A stretch of 52,826 bases of DNA, taken from the IMG/VR virus record IMGVR_UViG_3300046323_000202, positions 1 to 52,826 of that record; one strand, given 5' to 3'. Below, piece after piece: positions 26,019 through 35,466 of this stretch (position 1 is the first letter of the stretch; every line of letters begins with the position of its first letter). The notes below the pieces were generated by a model. The model was not told the origin of the DNA. It was given only the letters and a program-made list of their open reading frames with translations, and made no database searches. Source of the stretch: a virus. Taxonomy: Duplodnaviria; Caudoviricetes. A program made the translations under genes and the position numbers.

Positions 26019-26945
26019 TTAGTTAGCTAACAGACTCTTGCGCTTAGTCTTTGTATTGACTAGCACTTTACCACGAGAGCGAGTACCGCAGTTTCCGCAC
26101 TCAATTTCTGTGTACTCACAAGTCGGAGTATACACTGAATTCAGTGTCTCGTGCAGATCATCAGAACCACACACAGGGCAACGTGGGGTTTCATCAGGAA
26201 CGAACAATGCAGAGTTCAATGGACGTACATCAAACGCTCGTAGACGCATGTACACACGATACAGTAAATCAACATCCTCTAAGTTATACGTCAGCATTTC
26301 ATTTAGTGAATCTTGGTTTCCAGCCATGCATCCAATCCACGTATTAATCCCAGAATGGCTTGCTTTATCACCTTCACCTAGGATGACACCCAAAGAACCA
26401 AGGCGATTACTCGGAAAGCGCATTTGACGAGCAATCTTCAGGGTGTCAATAGTCTTGATCTTCTTTGGTGGCTGGAACTTATTAATCACTAATCGACTCT
26501 TGATCATTGGTAGATCGAAGTTGTCAATGTTATGACCAATCAGTGCCTCAGCTTTCTCAATCAAAGCGAATAGAACTGCACATAATCGTGAATCATTACC
26601 CTCAATAGCCTCTGCTGGTGTCAGCGCCAGTCCTTGTGCTGTTTTATCACCCATCCAGCGCCAGCTAATACTGACGATAGTACCACCGTCTTTTAGGATG
26701 TTATCCTGCCCTAGATTAGCCTTAAATCGCTTGAATGTAACAGCAATATCAGGGAGTGTTTCAATATCAATAAAGCAATACCGTTTAAGACTGTCTGGTA
26801 CTGGTACTTGAGTTTCCATGTAGCGGTTAAATACATAGTTCACACTGGACTTAGATACACTGAGGGCATTGGCTATATATCTGGACTTAAATCCGACTTT
26901 CTTAAGGTCGATAATCTTTTGGGTAATTTCTTGTGAATGTTTCAT
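26019..26945 (-). CDS. DEDD/RNase H-like 3'-5' exonuclease with N-terminal HTH and C-terminal Zn ribbon
   Basis: FIDIET, GHNIDNFD, IDTL, YNLEDV; CPVCG...CGNCG. Confidence 0.85.
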   Translation of the reverse strand: MKHSQEITQKIIDLKKVGFKSRYIANALSVSKSSVNYVFNRYMETQVPVPDSLKRYCFIDIETLPDIAVTFKRFKANLGQDNILKDGGTIVSISWRWMGDKTAQGLALTPAEAIEGNDSRLCAVLFALIEKAEALIGHNIDNFDLPMIKSRLVINKFQPPKKIKTIDTLKIARQMRFPSNRLGSLGVILGEGDKASHSGINTWIGCMAGNQDSLNEMLTYNLEDVDLLYRVYMRLRAFDVRPLNSALFVPDETPRCPVCGSDDLHETLNSVYTPTCEYTEIECGNCGTRSRGKVLVNTKTKRKSLLAN

Positions 26946-26981
26946 TCATTTCCTTTATGTTAATTAAGAATCTACGCAGTA

Positions 26982-27473
26982 CTACCTGAACTTCTTGATC
27001 AAGTCCATTACTTCATTATAGCTGAACTTACGTGTCATCAGTGCTTTACTGAAGTTCTTTTTGCGTTCTAGTGCGTTCCTGCCAACTGTACTTCCTAGCT
27101 CAATCAAGACAGCATCTTTGGAGCTTTCCTTAAGCGCACAGAACTTAGTGGTGACTTTAGCCAGCCAGCCATTGTGCCTGTACCTACGATCTACCCCACG
27201 CTCAATATAATCAGCTACAAGCCTAAGAAACTCAGGATAGGTGCCATCGTACCAGTACCCCACGTAACGAGCGTACAGCCCCTCTATACGACCCAGTGCT
27301 ACGTTCTCTTTACTGTTGATCACTGCACGTACTAACTGCTCATCATCGTGCAAATGATCAACGCAAGGATTCTTCAAAGGCAATCCAGTCATTGCACTTG
27401 AGCCGTTCTGCTCTTTGGTTAGTAGAGTACGTACTTCAGTTATGTCTTTTGTTGTGTATAAATCTTCTGTAAT
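26982..27473 (-). CDS. Endonuclease VII-like resolvase (probable ATT start)
   Basis: VDH.H....VR.V....N..LG core; frame open upstream to SD AAAGGGG plus ATT at 27473. Confidence 0.75.
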   Translation of the reverse strand: MTEDLYTTKDITEVRTLLTKEQNGSSAMTGLPLKNPCVDHLHDDEQLVRAVINSKENVALGRIEGLYARYVGYWYDGTYPEFLRLVADYIERGVDRRYRHNGWLAKVTTKFCALKESSKDAVLIELGSTVGRNALERKKNFSKALMTRKFSYNEVMDLIKKFR

Positions 27474-27488
27474 GTTAGTTCCCCTTTG

Positions 27489-27665
27489 TTAATAACTACT
27501 TAGATCATCGTGAACGTAATTACCCCAAGAAGTACAGTCACAGCAGCACTCACTTGGTTCATGAGCAAAGCACAGGCAAATCTCTTCTGGGATTTTACTT
27601 CCGTCTTCATTGCGGTAGTACCTTCGGTTTGAATCGTCATAATGATAACCGTTCTTTATGCTCAT
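27489..27665 (-). CDS. Small Cys-rich protein (58 aa), not in the ORF track
   Basis: MSIKNGY...ICLCFAHEPSECCCDCTSW...; ATGA overlap with upstream gene; fills the gap. Confidence 0.7.
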   Translation of the reverse strand: MSIKNGYHYDDSNRRYYRNEDGSKIPEEICLCFAHEPSECCCDCTSWGNYVHDDLSSY

Positions 27666-27856
27666 CTGGTACTTTCAATAAAAGCTAATCTTAACTCGTG
27701 TATTTCCATTGCTGCCTGTTCAAGTAAATCAGCAATACGATCTGGTTCACCTTTAATAACGGATTTACGCAAAGGAATAGACCTACGTATTAAACGGTGT
27801 ACGATATCTCCTTCAGGTAAGGAATCTTTGATTTGCTGTAGGTTTGTTAGGTTCAT
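27662..27856 (-). CDS. Hypothetical protein
   Basis: RKSV..GEPDRIADLLEQAA; overlaps both neighbours. Confidence 0.7.
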   Translation of the reverse strand: MNLTNLQQIKDSLPEGDIVHRLIRRSIPLRKSVIKGEPDRIADLLEQAAMEIHELRLAFIESTR

Positions 27857-28824
27857 AATTCTACTCCGTATTTATTAAAGAAATTCACGACATTTAAAAC
27901 ATCATCCCGAGTTTCTTTCATTCTTACACAAGAATGGTAGAGTTGCATCATACCTAACCAGTCTGACTCCGTGCTATCACCATTGCAGTCCACATATGTA
28001 AATTCTGAACTGTACCATACTTTGTACTGCTTCTGAACAGCGTGAAGTATATCTTGTTCTGTTTTACAATCCTTCAAGATTTTATACGCTGACTTCTCAC
28101 CGAACTTAACCCCACATATCTCCGTTGGTCTGTATGAATCAACGATGTCCCCAATGCACATTTGCAGACCGTACTGCATCATACCATTGGCACGTACCTT
28201 GTTCTTATCATCAATAAATATTTCACCCAAAGTAGGTATCTCATTTACACCCTCTTGTGGTTTATCTGGATTGAACAAAAAGAGTCCACTGTACGCTTTA
28301 GCATCCTTGTCTGAGGCTACTAGTACTGGCTTATTACCTTTAGCTAACTCTTCGTACCCCATCCACACTTGCATATCATCACATTCCTCCATATCGCTCT
28401 GTGTTGCATTGAATTTCTTCTTGGCATACTGACGTAGCTCTTTGAGTAAAAGCGGTCTAATGGGGCTTCTAGTGCCTTTATATGGGCTTGGTAGAGGTAG
28501 GTCATTTCTGAAGTTCTTGGGACCGGATAACATGTATATAGTGCAGTCAGGCCAGATGCACTCAAGAGCACTCTCTACTTGTGACTTCAGAAGTTTGATA
28601 GCGTGAGACAATGGTTCAGCCTCTTGTTGATCCTTAATCTCGTATTGTTCAAGAAGCTGAAGTTTATCCTTGGACTTAAGAAGTTCTTTCAACTCTGTTC
28701 TGTTCTTGAATATTTTTGTAGCACCTGTCGGTCTATGGGTTACTTCAATAGTTCGTTGTTCACAAGCTGCTGCTGCTTTGTAGATAGGGGTATCTAGGTC
28801 GAATAGTGCGATTGTTTTATTCAT
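27853..28824 (-). CDS. 5'-3' exonuclease/flap endonuclease (T7 gp6-like)
   Basis: FDLD...Y.AA, NFR, YKG.R, ECDD, SDKD, GD.VD, G.K.A. Confidence 0.85.
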   Translation of the reverse strand: MNKTIALFDLDTPIYKAAAACEQRTIEVTHRPTGATKIFKNRTELKELLKSKDKLQLLEQYEIKDQQEAEPLSHAIKLLKSQVESALECIWPDCTIYMLSGPKNFRNDLPLPSPYKGTRSPIRPLLLKELRQYAKKKFNATQSDMEECDDMQVWMGYEELAKGNKPVLVASDKDAKAYSGLFLFNPDKPQEGVNEIPTLGEIFIDDKNKVRANGMMQYGLQMCIGDIVDSYRPTEICGVKFGEKSAYKILKDCKTEQDILHAVQKQYKVWYSSEFTYVDCNGDSTESDWLGMMQLYHSCVRMKETRDDVLNVVNFFNKYGVEL

Positions 28825-28834
28825 GTATCTCCTT

Positions 28835-29053
28835 TCAATAAACCCATGATCTTACTATCTGATCTCTATTGGGCATGAAATCACCCTCCTTTGCATCGCG
28901 CATCAATCTAAGGTCAAACCACTCGGACTCCGGTAGGTCGTGTTTCATGATCGTTACTAGTGCATTGTAGTACGTAATAGCCTCTTGGGAATCATTGAAT
29001 AGTTTTCCATTGTAATCTGTGTACTTTCTGTTTGTTGTTTCTAGCCAATACAT
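28835..29053 (-). CDS. Hypothetical protein
   Basis: ORF with SD AAGG. Confidence 0.6.
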   Translation of the reverse strand: MYWLETTNRKYTDYNGKLFNDSQEAITYYNALVTIMKHDLPESEWFDLRLMRDAKEGDFMPNRDQIVRSWVY

Positions 29054-29068
29054 ACTAACCTTTCATTC

Positions 29069-29100
29069 AAAAAGAAACCCTCCGTATTAAGGGAGGGTTC
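29069..29100 (-). terminator. Terminator
   Basis: AACCCTCC/GGAGGGTT stem, minus-strand tail TCTTTTT. Confidence 0.75.
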
Positions 29101-29112
29101 ATTGTATCCTGA

Positions 29113-29331
29113 TTAACTGCGTACTACTTCGATAGCGTCCAGAACATCGTTGGATTTAGTCTTGAGTTCATCCACTTTATTACTTACGATAGCCTTAGCG
29201 ACTGCTGAGAGTACAGCTACATTTAACTCGCTTGCTTTGGCTTCATCTTTGATTTCTTTCAAGGACTCGTTCAGAGAATCAATCTCACTAAGAATCTTGA
29301 CCATTTTCTCAATTGCTTGTTTTGCGTTCAT
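29113..29331 (-). CDS. Small helical DNA-binding protein (GapR/DUF2312- or T4 DsbA-like)
   Basis: EI..L.E.LKEIK.EAK...L....L..V helical pattern. Confidence 0.5.
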   Translation of the reverse strand: MNAKQAIEKMVKILSEIDSLNESLKEIKDEAKASELNVAVLSAVAKAIVSNKVDELKTKSNDVLDAIEVVRS

Positions 29332-29360
29332 ATGTTTCCTTTAGAGTTACTGATTAATGA

Positions 29361-29552
29361 TTACTTAGAATTGAACTTAACTTTGTTAGCAGCAACAATC
29401 ATGGTTAACCAAAGTACTGCCAACCAGTTCCAGATGGTAATACCAATAGCTAGACCGAATACAGCATTGAGGGAAATGATGGTAAGAACTGGGCCAATAC
29501 CAATGAGGAAAATACCCAAGAGAATAAGAGCGATAATTCCGAATGTTTTCAT
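29361..29552 (-). CDS. Small membrane protein
   Basis: Almost entirely hydrophobic; GP..TI.SLN..FG motif; SD. Confidence 0.7.
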   Translation of the reverse strand: MKTFGIIALILLGIFLIGIGPVLTIISLNAVFGLAIGITIWNWLAVLWLTMIVAANKVKFNSK

Positions 29553-29666
29553 GTGGTTCCTTATATTAAATGATGAACTGATTATACCTAAGAAAGAACC
29601 CGGTAGGTTTCGATTCTATCGAACCGATTCCGGAATTAACCGGATTCTCCTTTTATTTACGTAACA

Positions 29667-30353
29667 TTAAAATGGAATGTCATCGTCCATGTCATCAAAT
29701 GATGGCCGTGGTGCAGCTTTCGATTGAGCCTTTGGTGCTACCTTGGTTTTTGCAGATGCTGGAACCTTAGTAGAACCTCCATTACCGTCACTTGCAGAGT
29801 CATCACCGAATTCACTTCCAGCTTCGTAATCTGAGTCTTGCTTGACGTACTCGATCATGTTAGTAACTAAGAGATTCTTCAGGAACAACGAAGAGCCTCC
29901 AGCAGTACGATCAAACTTATCAATACTTACTGTACCGTAACTTCCGTTGCCCGGTAGCTTAGTTGTAGTGACCTCTACCATTGTATTCTTTACTTTCTCA
30001 AATACTTTAGGCTGGTATTGAAACGGCACGGGCTTGCCTGTCTTACCAAGCTCAGTTGATTTACGAAGAGTAAAAATCCATACATTCTTACCTGCACCTT
30101 CTGGTACTGCACATTTGTATTTCTCTTCAAACTCAGCAGTCTTTACTTTCTTCATACTCAAGAGTGTATCCAGTGATTTACCGTAGGCTTCTAGCTCGTC
30201 AACGTAATCTTCGTCGGTTAGTACAATTGAGCATTTCCATTCGTCGGGTTTAGACGGTGTACCGGGCTTAACGTACGCTTTAACTGGCTCAGCCATTTGA
30301 CAGAATACAATAGTACCACTAACCTTGCTGAAATCATTATTTGTGTTTGACAT
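29667..30353 (-). CDS. ssb: Single-stranded DNA-binding protein
   Basis: GNGS.G motif of T7 gp2.5-like OB fold; acidic tail DDMDDDIPF. Confidence 0.85.
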   Translation of the reverse strand: MSNTNNDFSKVSGTIVFCQMAEPVKAYVKPGTPSKPDEWKCSIVLTDEDYVDELEAYGKSLDTLLSMKKVKTAEFEEKYKCAVPEGAGKNVWIFTLRKSTELGKTGKPVPFQYQPKVFEKVKNTMVEVTTTKLPGNGSYGTVSIDKFDRTAGGSSLFLKNLLVTNMIEYVKQDSDYEAGSEFGDDSASDGNGGSTKVPASAKTKVAPKAQSKAAPRPSFDDMDDDIPF

Positions 30354-30426
30354 ATATTTCCTTATAGATAATTAATAAACAATAAACAATTAATCTCAAT
30401 TGAATTGTAGAGATAAACCAAGTATT

Positions 30427-30503
30427 TGGTGCGAGTGGAGAGACTTGAACTCCCGACATGTTGTGTAGAAGACAACTGTTCTATCCAACTGAACTACACT
30501 CGC
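30427..30503 (-). tRNA. tRNA-Arg(UCU)
   Basis: Cloverleaf: acceptor GCGAGTG/CACTCGC, D arm with A20, anticodon stem GTTGT/ACAAC with loop CT-TCT-AC, TTCAAGT T loop, encoded CCA. Confidence 0.95.
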
Positions 30504-30516
30504 TTTCGTAACCTGC

Positions 30517-30544
30517 ATTGTACCATAACTTGCTCCAGATACAA
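30517..30544 (-). promoter_or_regulatory. Promoter for tRNA/ssb
   Basis: Minus strand TTGTAT-16 bp-TACAAT with TGn extension. Confidence 0.6.
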
Positions 30545-30561
30545 CACAGCTTCTATCTTAT

Positions 30562-30921
30562 TTACAATCGAAAGAACTGAGTAACTACAACAGCCTTTGG
30601 TTTAACAAAGAAGAACTCATCAAAGTCAGCACCATCGTATGACTGATAGCTTCCATTAAACTGAGCATAAACACTAGCACTTTCTTGTGTGAACTTAAAG
30701 ACTGACCAGTACTCTTCTCCTTCACCTTCTCCTCCGTGATTATCAACGAATTCGTACTGAATATTAAGACCCTCACAAGTCCTAACGAACACTTCTGTTT
30801 CGCTTCCTTCGTCTGTCCATTGGTTGATCTCTGGCGTATCTGAACCAAAGAAAGTATTCAGTACTTCTGATCCTGCTGTATCCAAGAGAACTTGGACTTT
30901 ATCCTGTAAAGTTGTTTTCAT
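30562..30921 (-). CDS. Hypothetical acidic protein
   Basis: GGEGEGEEYW.VF...G.Y.SYDG motif recurrent in phage small proteins. Confidence 0.7.
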   Translation of the reverse strand: MKTTLQDKVQVLLDTAGSEVLNTFFGSDTPEINQWTDEGSETEVFVRTCEGLNIQYEFVDNHGGEGEGEEYWSVFKFTQESASVYAQFNGSYQSYDGADFDEFFFVKPKAVVVTQFFRL

Positions 30922-30953
30922 ATTTACCTTTCTGTTGTTGACTGATTAGGACT

Positions 30954-31757
30954 TTATTGTACTTCACTAAGTAACTTATTTTTCACTTCATTGAACTTAT
31001 TTTTACTGAATAACTCAACTGCACTTGGGTAATTGTCCAGAGTAAAATCTCTGAACCAGCCAGAGGTCAACGTAGTGCAAACCTTCTGAAGTGCTTTCAT
31101 GTAAGCTGCCTTAGCTGGATAATTCCAGTCCTTAGGAACTAGAAATCTTTCAGTAGCTATTACCTGTGTTTCTTCAGCTACACATTGTACCTTTTGCTCA
31201 TGGGTAAGATTATCCCATAAATCCAGATTGCATTTGGCTAACTCTGGATTCCTTTGTAGTTTAGTGTACAGAGGTCTATCTTCATAAGCAAATAACTCAT
31301 GTAGATAATCATGATTATACCTCTTATACACTGCGTCATTGAAGAAGGAATCAACTGACTGATTCAAGTTTGGCTTAACCTGAGGAAATTCCTCCAAAGT
31401 CATTTGAGTTCTTTGAGCTAAGAAAGCCAAGTCGCTCTCGTTCCAGAACTTACTCTCGTACTGGAGATATTTCCAGTAGTGAGTTATGTGCTTATTGAAG
31501 CTCAAATCACGGTGCAAGTGGCTGCGTTTTACTAGAGATAGCCCCTTCATTGAAAGCACATGAAATGTATTTCCATTGAATTGAAGTTTCTCGTCTGTGC
31601 AGTACCTGAACAAATCATCATTGTTCAAGAGGAACCTATCGTGAAATTCTACGCCCTTTATTGGTGAACAACTAATGACATCCCAATCAGAGTCACTCTG
31701 AATAGGAACAGAAGGGTTCCAGTAGTTCATTGCTCTTGATCCGATTAGAATGTTCAT
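30954..31757 (-). CDS. Putative nucleotidyltransferase-fold protein
   Basis: N-terminal IGSRA...SDWDVI (GS...DxD) Pol-beta-type signature. Confidence 0.55.
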   Translation of the reverse strand: MNILIGSRAMNYWNPSVPIQSDSDWDVISCSPIKGVEFHDRFLLNNDDLFRYCTDEKLQFNGNTFHVLSMKGLSLVKRSHLHRDLSFNKHITHYWKYLQYESKFWNESDLAFLAQRTQMTLEEFPQVKPNLNQSVDSFFNDAVYKRYNHDYLHELFAYEDRPLYTKLQRNPELAKCNLDLWDNLTHEQKVQCVAEETQVIATERFLVPKDWNYPAKAAYMKALQKVCTTLTSGWFRDFTLDNYPSAVELFSKNKFNEVKNKLLSEVQ

Positions 31758-31785
31758 TAGTTTCTTTCTTTAGTTATGTTCTATC

Positions 31786-32817
31786 TTATTTCACATGAGT
31801 GTAAGTCAAACCGTCCCGAATACGTGCAATAGTCCTTGGACTAACTAAGTAATACTCAGCGATTTTAGCTAGACTTCGTTGACCAATCAGACCACGAATT
31901 TCACGCACCTCGTACTCTTCCAATATACCAACGAAGTTATTTGGTTTGTCTTGAACGTATTGTACCGTGTTTTCTTCGATTCCATTCAACTCTTCTACTT
32001 TAACAAAATCAGCAGCAACTTCCGCTTCATTGTACCAAAAATCCAACGTAAAGCCTTCGTCTAGTTTATTGTGCGGAAGTTTGTATCCGTTTAACTCAGA
32101 CTCACCCACGACTTCATATCTGCAAGTACGTCCTTTGCTGTTATTATAATCCGCTGGAATAGCCACAACATCCTTCGGATTGATCTTCACGATCACGATA
32201 CGTTCACCACTGAAGCTCTTCAAGTAATCAAACGAACAAAAGTGCAAACCAGCAGAGCAAGTACGGTTCTTATCGTCATCTACAGCATTACGATCCATCT
32301 CAAGTACATTACCCACTGAATTATCCATTGTACCCGAATGACAATCCAGATAATCCTCACGTACTCGCTTGTAAGCCAAGAAATGACCATCTGGTGTAAT
32401 AGGTAAAGTACAAGCCTCCAAGAACCCAAACAACTCATCTACGGCTCGTTTGGATGGGTTCTGCATGAGGTTCTCAATGAACTTAACCATTGGTTGAACA
32501 TCCAGTCCTAGACGAATAACCTCAAATACACGAGAAGCAATCAATCCAGTTACTTCACGATCTTTGTAGAAGATAGATGCACCCTTAATACGAACGTCAG
32601 TGCTGGCATTACTCAGGCTACTCACGATAGTCTCCTTGATCTTAACAGCAGAGCGAACTGCGTTGATATCCTTAGAGCGAACTGCTTGGAGTACTAGCTC
32701 GTATGTCTTGGCTTGTTTATTAATGGTGTATGAAGCTCCATCTACAAAGACTGTGAGACTATCAGAGCCAAGGATGAAATTCAGGGTGTTGTTCAGTGAG
32801 GTATTCAGTGCTGTCAT
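31786..32817 (-). CDS. rIIB: RIIB-like protein
   Basis: L.FL....PIT.DG.FLAYK.V..DY.D.H, VDDD...TCS.GLH, VKINP.DVV.IP.DY..KGR.C.Y. Confidence 0.92.
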   Translation of the reverse strand: MTALNTSLNNTLNFILGSDSLTVFVDGASYTINKQAKTYELVLQAVRSKDINAVRSAVKIKETIVSSLSNASTDVRIKGASIFYKDREVTGLIASRVFEVIRLGLDVQPMVKFIENLMQNPSKRAVDELFGFLEACTLPITPDGHFLAYKRVREDYLDCHSGTMDNSVGNVLEMDRNAVDDDKNRTCSAGLHFCSFDYLKSFSGERIVIVKINPKDVVAIPADYNNSKGRTCRYEVVGESELNGYKLPHNKLDEGFTLDFWYNEAEVAADFVKVEELNGIEENTVQYVQDKPNNFVGILEEYEVREIRGLIGQRSLAKIAEYYLVSPRTIARIRDGLTYTHVK

Positions 32818-32902
32818 ATGTTTCCTTTAAGGTAAAGAGGGTTACTACTGGAGAGCCCTGATTGTACATCGAATTGGGCTCTTTTGAAAATCTTAGAGAG
32901 AC

Positions 32903-34996
32903 TTAGAGAACTTTCTGCATTTGCTTCAAGTACTCGCACAGATGCACGTCAGAAATATTCCGGTGCATTTCCCAAGCTGATACCTTCAGAAGAGGGTACT
33001 TATCTAGAATGTTAGCATAGAATGTTTTCATCTTGTACTTACGTTCAGTGGGCACAGAATGAACCAAAGAATTGTACTTCATGAAGTTGACCTTAGCATT
33101 GAACTCAGGTGTAATCTTGCTATCACTATAGACTGAGCTTTTCTTTACTTTGTTAGCAAACGCAATCAAACGAGCCAATTCATTATCTGGTGCTTTGCTT
33201 GTAATCATCTTCGCTTTACTATTCCAATCGTGAACTTGAGATTTAACAGCAGTATAAAAAAGGTTCTTCTTATAGATAAAGAAATCCTCGTCTGACTGAT
33301 GCTCTTCGGTCTTCTGATTGATGTATTGCTCCAATGAAATACACTCACTATTCAAGTGCTTAACTGATGCTTCACGCAGAGCAATCAAGTCCAATACATC
33401 GTCGAATTTCTTCAGTTCTTCGTATTGGCTAACACGAGCAACATCCTGAAAATTCACTAGGTTAGCATCCTTCACTATAACATAAACCATAGGCTCAGTA
33501 ACATCCTTCAGTGACTCGTAGGACTTATCCCAATCTCGGATATTGTTACCTTCATTGTATTCGTAGTAACTAACCACTGAACTCTTAGAACGCACTCCAG
33601 AGGCTACGGACGGTAAAACAATACTGCTCATCAAGATAACGTTATCGAAGCCTCCTAGGGCTGTTTTAACGACCTGTACATCGTATTGCTTATCGAACAT
33701 TTCGATCTCGTACACCTGCTGTAGTTTTGGGTTCGTTTTAAGCACATGCTTAATCTTCGTAGCTGATAGGTGTGTTTTATCCCGTAATACTACCAGCAAT
33801 TGATCCGAAGGCATAGGCCGAATTCTACCAGCACTGCGCTTTTTATTCTTCATTGAACGATCAATAAAGTAGACCATTCCTTGCAATAAAACACCACCGG
33901 CGGGGCGCTTCATGATTGCCTCAAGATTGAAGTACCAATCAGAGCCGAACTTTGTAGCTGTGGTGAACACTGTATCTTTTGCCAAGCGACTGAGTACTTG
34001 GCTTGAATTCAAGTACTCTGTGCGTTCCCATTCCGTTACTTTGCTCTTTAACTGAGCATTAATATACTCTTGAACTTGCGCTCGTACCAGCGTCATCTTG
34101 GCGTTGATATTAGCCAACGTAGTAGCGTTGTATTCTACGCCCTCACGAGAAGCAGTTACACCAATCTGACCAATCTCAAAATTCAACTCAATGTAAAGCC
34201 CCAGGTTACTCTCAAAGAACTTATAGTGTTCTGGCATTGCCTCTTTAAGATTATCAATAGCCAAAGGATAACCTACATTGCCTTGGATAATGTACGGAGC
34301 TTTCTTGTAGTAAGAATTACCAGTATCAATAATCCGAGCATCCACTGTCTCGAGAATGACAACACCACCTTGTTCTTGGTAAGTACAAGTTCCATTTTCA
34401 ATCCGGGGTTTGACCTTGAAGAATTTCAACTGTTCTTGAACTTCATTCTTGAACTTCACGTAGTCTTGACTCTTGACTGAGAGTTTAATCTCTACACCTG
34501 ATGGTTCTGTTGATTCGCTGCTGTACATTTCAATGATGTTCGGCACACCTGACTCAGTGATAAATGCAGAGTAGATCGTGCAGATACCATCTTGGTAAGA
34601 AGTTACCGTGAACTGGTCGGTGTAGCTGAAAGGTGTCTTTGCTCCGAGTCCTAGCATACCTGTACACTCATTAGATTGGTCTTTTGTACTTGCAAAGTAC
34701 ACGGTAAAGACATTCTTGATATCGCTTGCGCTCAGTCCTTTACCGAAGTCACGAACAGAAAACCAAGGAGAGAAATTATCAGGAAGATGAATGACGAACT
34801 CTTGATCGGCTTTATCAGCTTGAACGTGTGCATCATTTGCATTACAGGAGATTTCACGAACAATCGCTCCAATTTTATTTTCATAGAGCGTGTCGGAAAG
34901 TACACGGAAAGCCTTGGAATTGAACGCTATAGTGAACGCACCTGTATTGTTACCACCTTGGACTTCGACTGGAGAGGACTGATTAGTGAGCTTCAA
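32903..34996 (-). CDS. rIIA: RIIA-like protein (GHKL ATPase N-terminus)
   Basis: AF..LS..LY.NKI.A.VREISCNA.DAH, VRDFG.G, STK..SN...G.LGLG.K.PF.YTD; upstream of rIIB. Confidence 0.92.
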   Translation of the reverse strand: MKLTNQSSPVEVQGGNNTGAFTIAFNSKAFRVLSDTLYENKIGAIVREISCNANDAHVQADKADQEFVIHLPDNFSPWFSVRDFGKGLSASDIKNVFTVYFASTKDQSNECTGMLGLGAKTPFSYTDQFTVTSYQDGICTIYSAFITESGVPNIIEMYSSESTEPSGVEIKLSVKSQDYVKFKNEVQEQLKFFKVKPRIENGTCTYQEQGGVVILETVDARIIDTGNSYYKKAPYIIQGNVGYPLAIDNLKEAMPEHYKFFESNLGLYIELNFEIGQIGVTASREGVEYNATTLANINAKMTLVRAQVQEYINAQLKSKVTEWERTEYLNSSQVLSRLAKDTVFTTATKFGSDWYFNLEAIMKRPAGGVLLQGMVYFIDRSMKNKKRSAGRIRPMPSDQLLVVLRDKTHLSATKIKHVLKTNPKLQQVYEIEMFDKQYDVQVVKTALGGFDNVILMSSIVLPSVASGVRSKSSVVSYYEYNEGNNIRDWDKSYESLKDVTEPMVYVIVKDANLVNFQDVARVSQYEELKKFDDVLDLIALREASVKHLNSECISLEQYINQKTEEHQSDEDFFIYKKNLFYTAVKSQVHDWNSKAKMITSKAPDNELARLIAFANKVKKSSVYSDSKITPEFNAKVNFMKYNSLVHSVPTERKYKMKTFYANILDKYPLLKVSAWEMHRNISDVHLCEYLKQMQKVL

Positions 34997-35111
34997 GATA
35001 TTCCTTTGTATTTAATTCGATGTAGTGATTGTAGTGCACTTTAGCTGCCTTCTTGCATAATCGCTTTGATTAAATACCATTTAACTTTAGTCTGATTTCA
35101 GCATTCCCTTG

Positions 35112-35453
35112 TTAAACCCGAGAATCTGGATCACCTAGTAATTCAGGCGTAATCTCAGGTATTTCATTGAAGTCCCAACATTCAGAACCATTGTATTCAA
35201 ATCGACTACTCCACGTTACACCGTCATTGTACCAGATAGTGCCATAGAGATTCTGACCGCCGTAACCATCATTGTACTCTAGATTGATCTCCTTCAAGAA
35301 CTCTTCTAGGTCTTCTGGAGTGTATCCAACGGGTAGAATGGCCTCTACTTTGTTCTTTGCATTGTAGAGTTTGATCTGAGCGCAACGGACGGTTCTACCA
35401 CCTACGCAGCGTTCAGAGATGTGGTCTAGAAATTCTTGTTTAGCGTTGGTCAT
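35112..35453 (-). CDS. Hypothetical protein
   Basis: YNDGYGGQ.L.GTIW..DG.W..R.EY.GSE.W motif; start after SD AAGGA. Confidence 0.7.
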   Translation of the reverse strand: MTNAKQEFLDHISERCVGGRTVRCAQIKLYNAKNKVEAILPVGYTPEDLEEFLKEINLEYNDGYGGQNLYGTIWYNDGVTWSSRFEYNGSECWDFNEIPEITPELLGDPDSRV

Positions 35454-35466
35454 GGTTTCCTTTCGT

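Noticed and set aside
29317-29664. 115-aa + strand ORF
   Set aside because: Antisense to a better-supported membrane protein gene inside a uniformly minus-strand operon
30427-30503. tRNA as prophage attachment site
   Set aside because: No integrase, no duplicated tRNA 3' end, and phage genes continue on both sides
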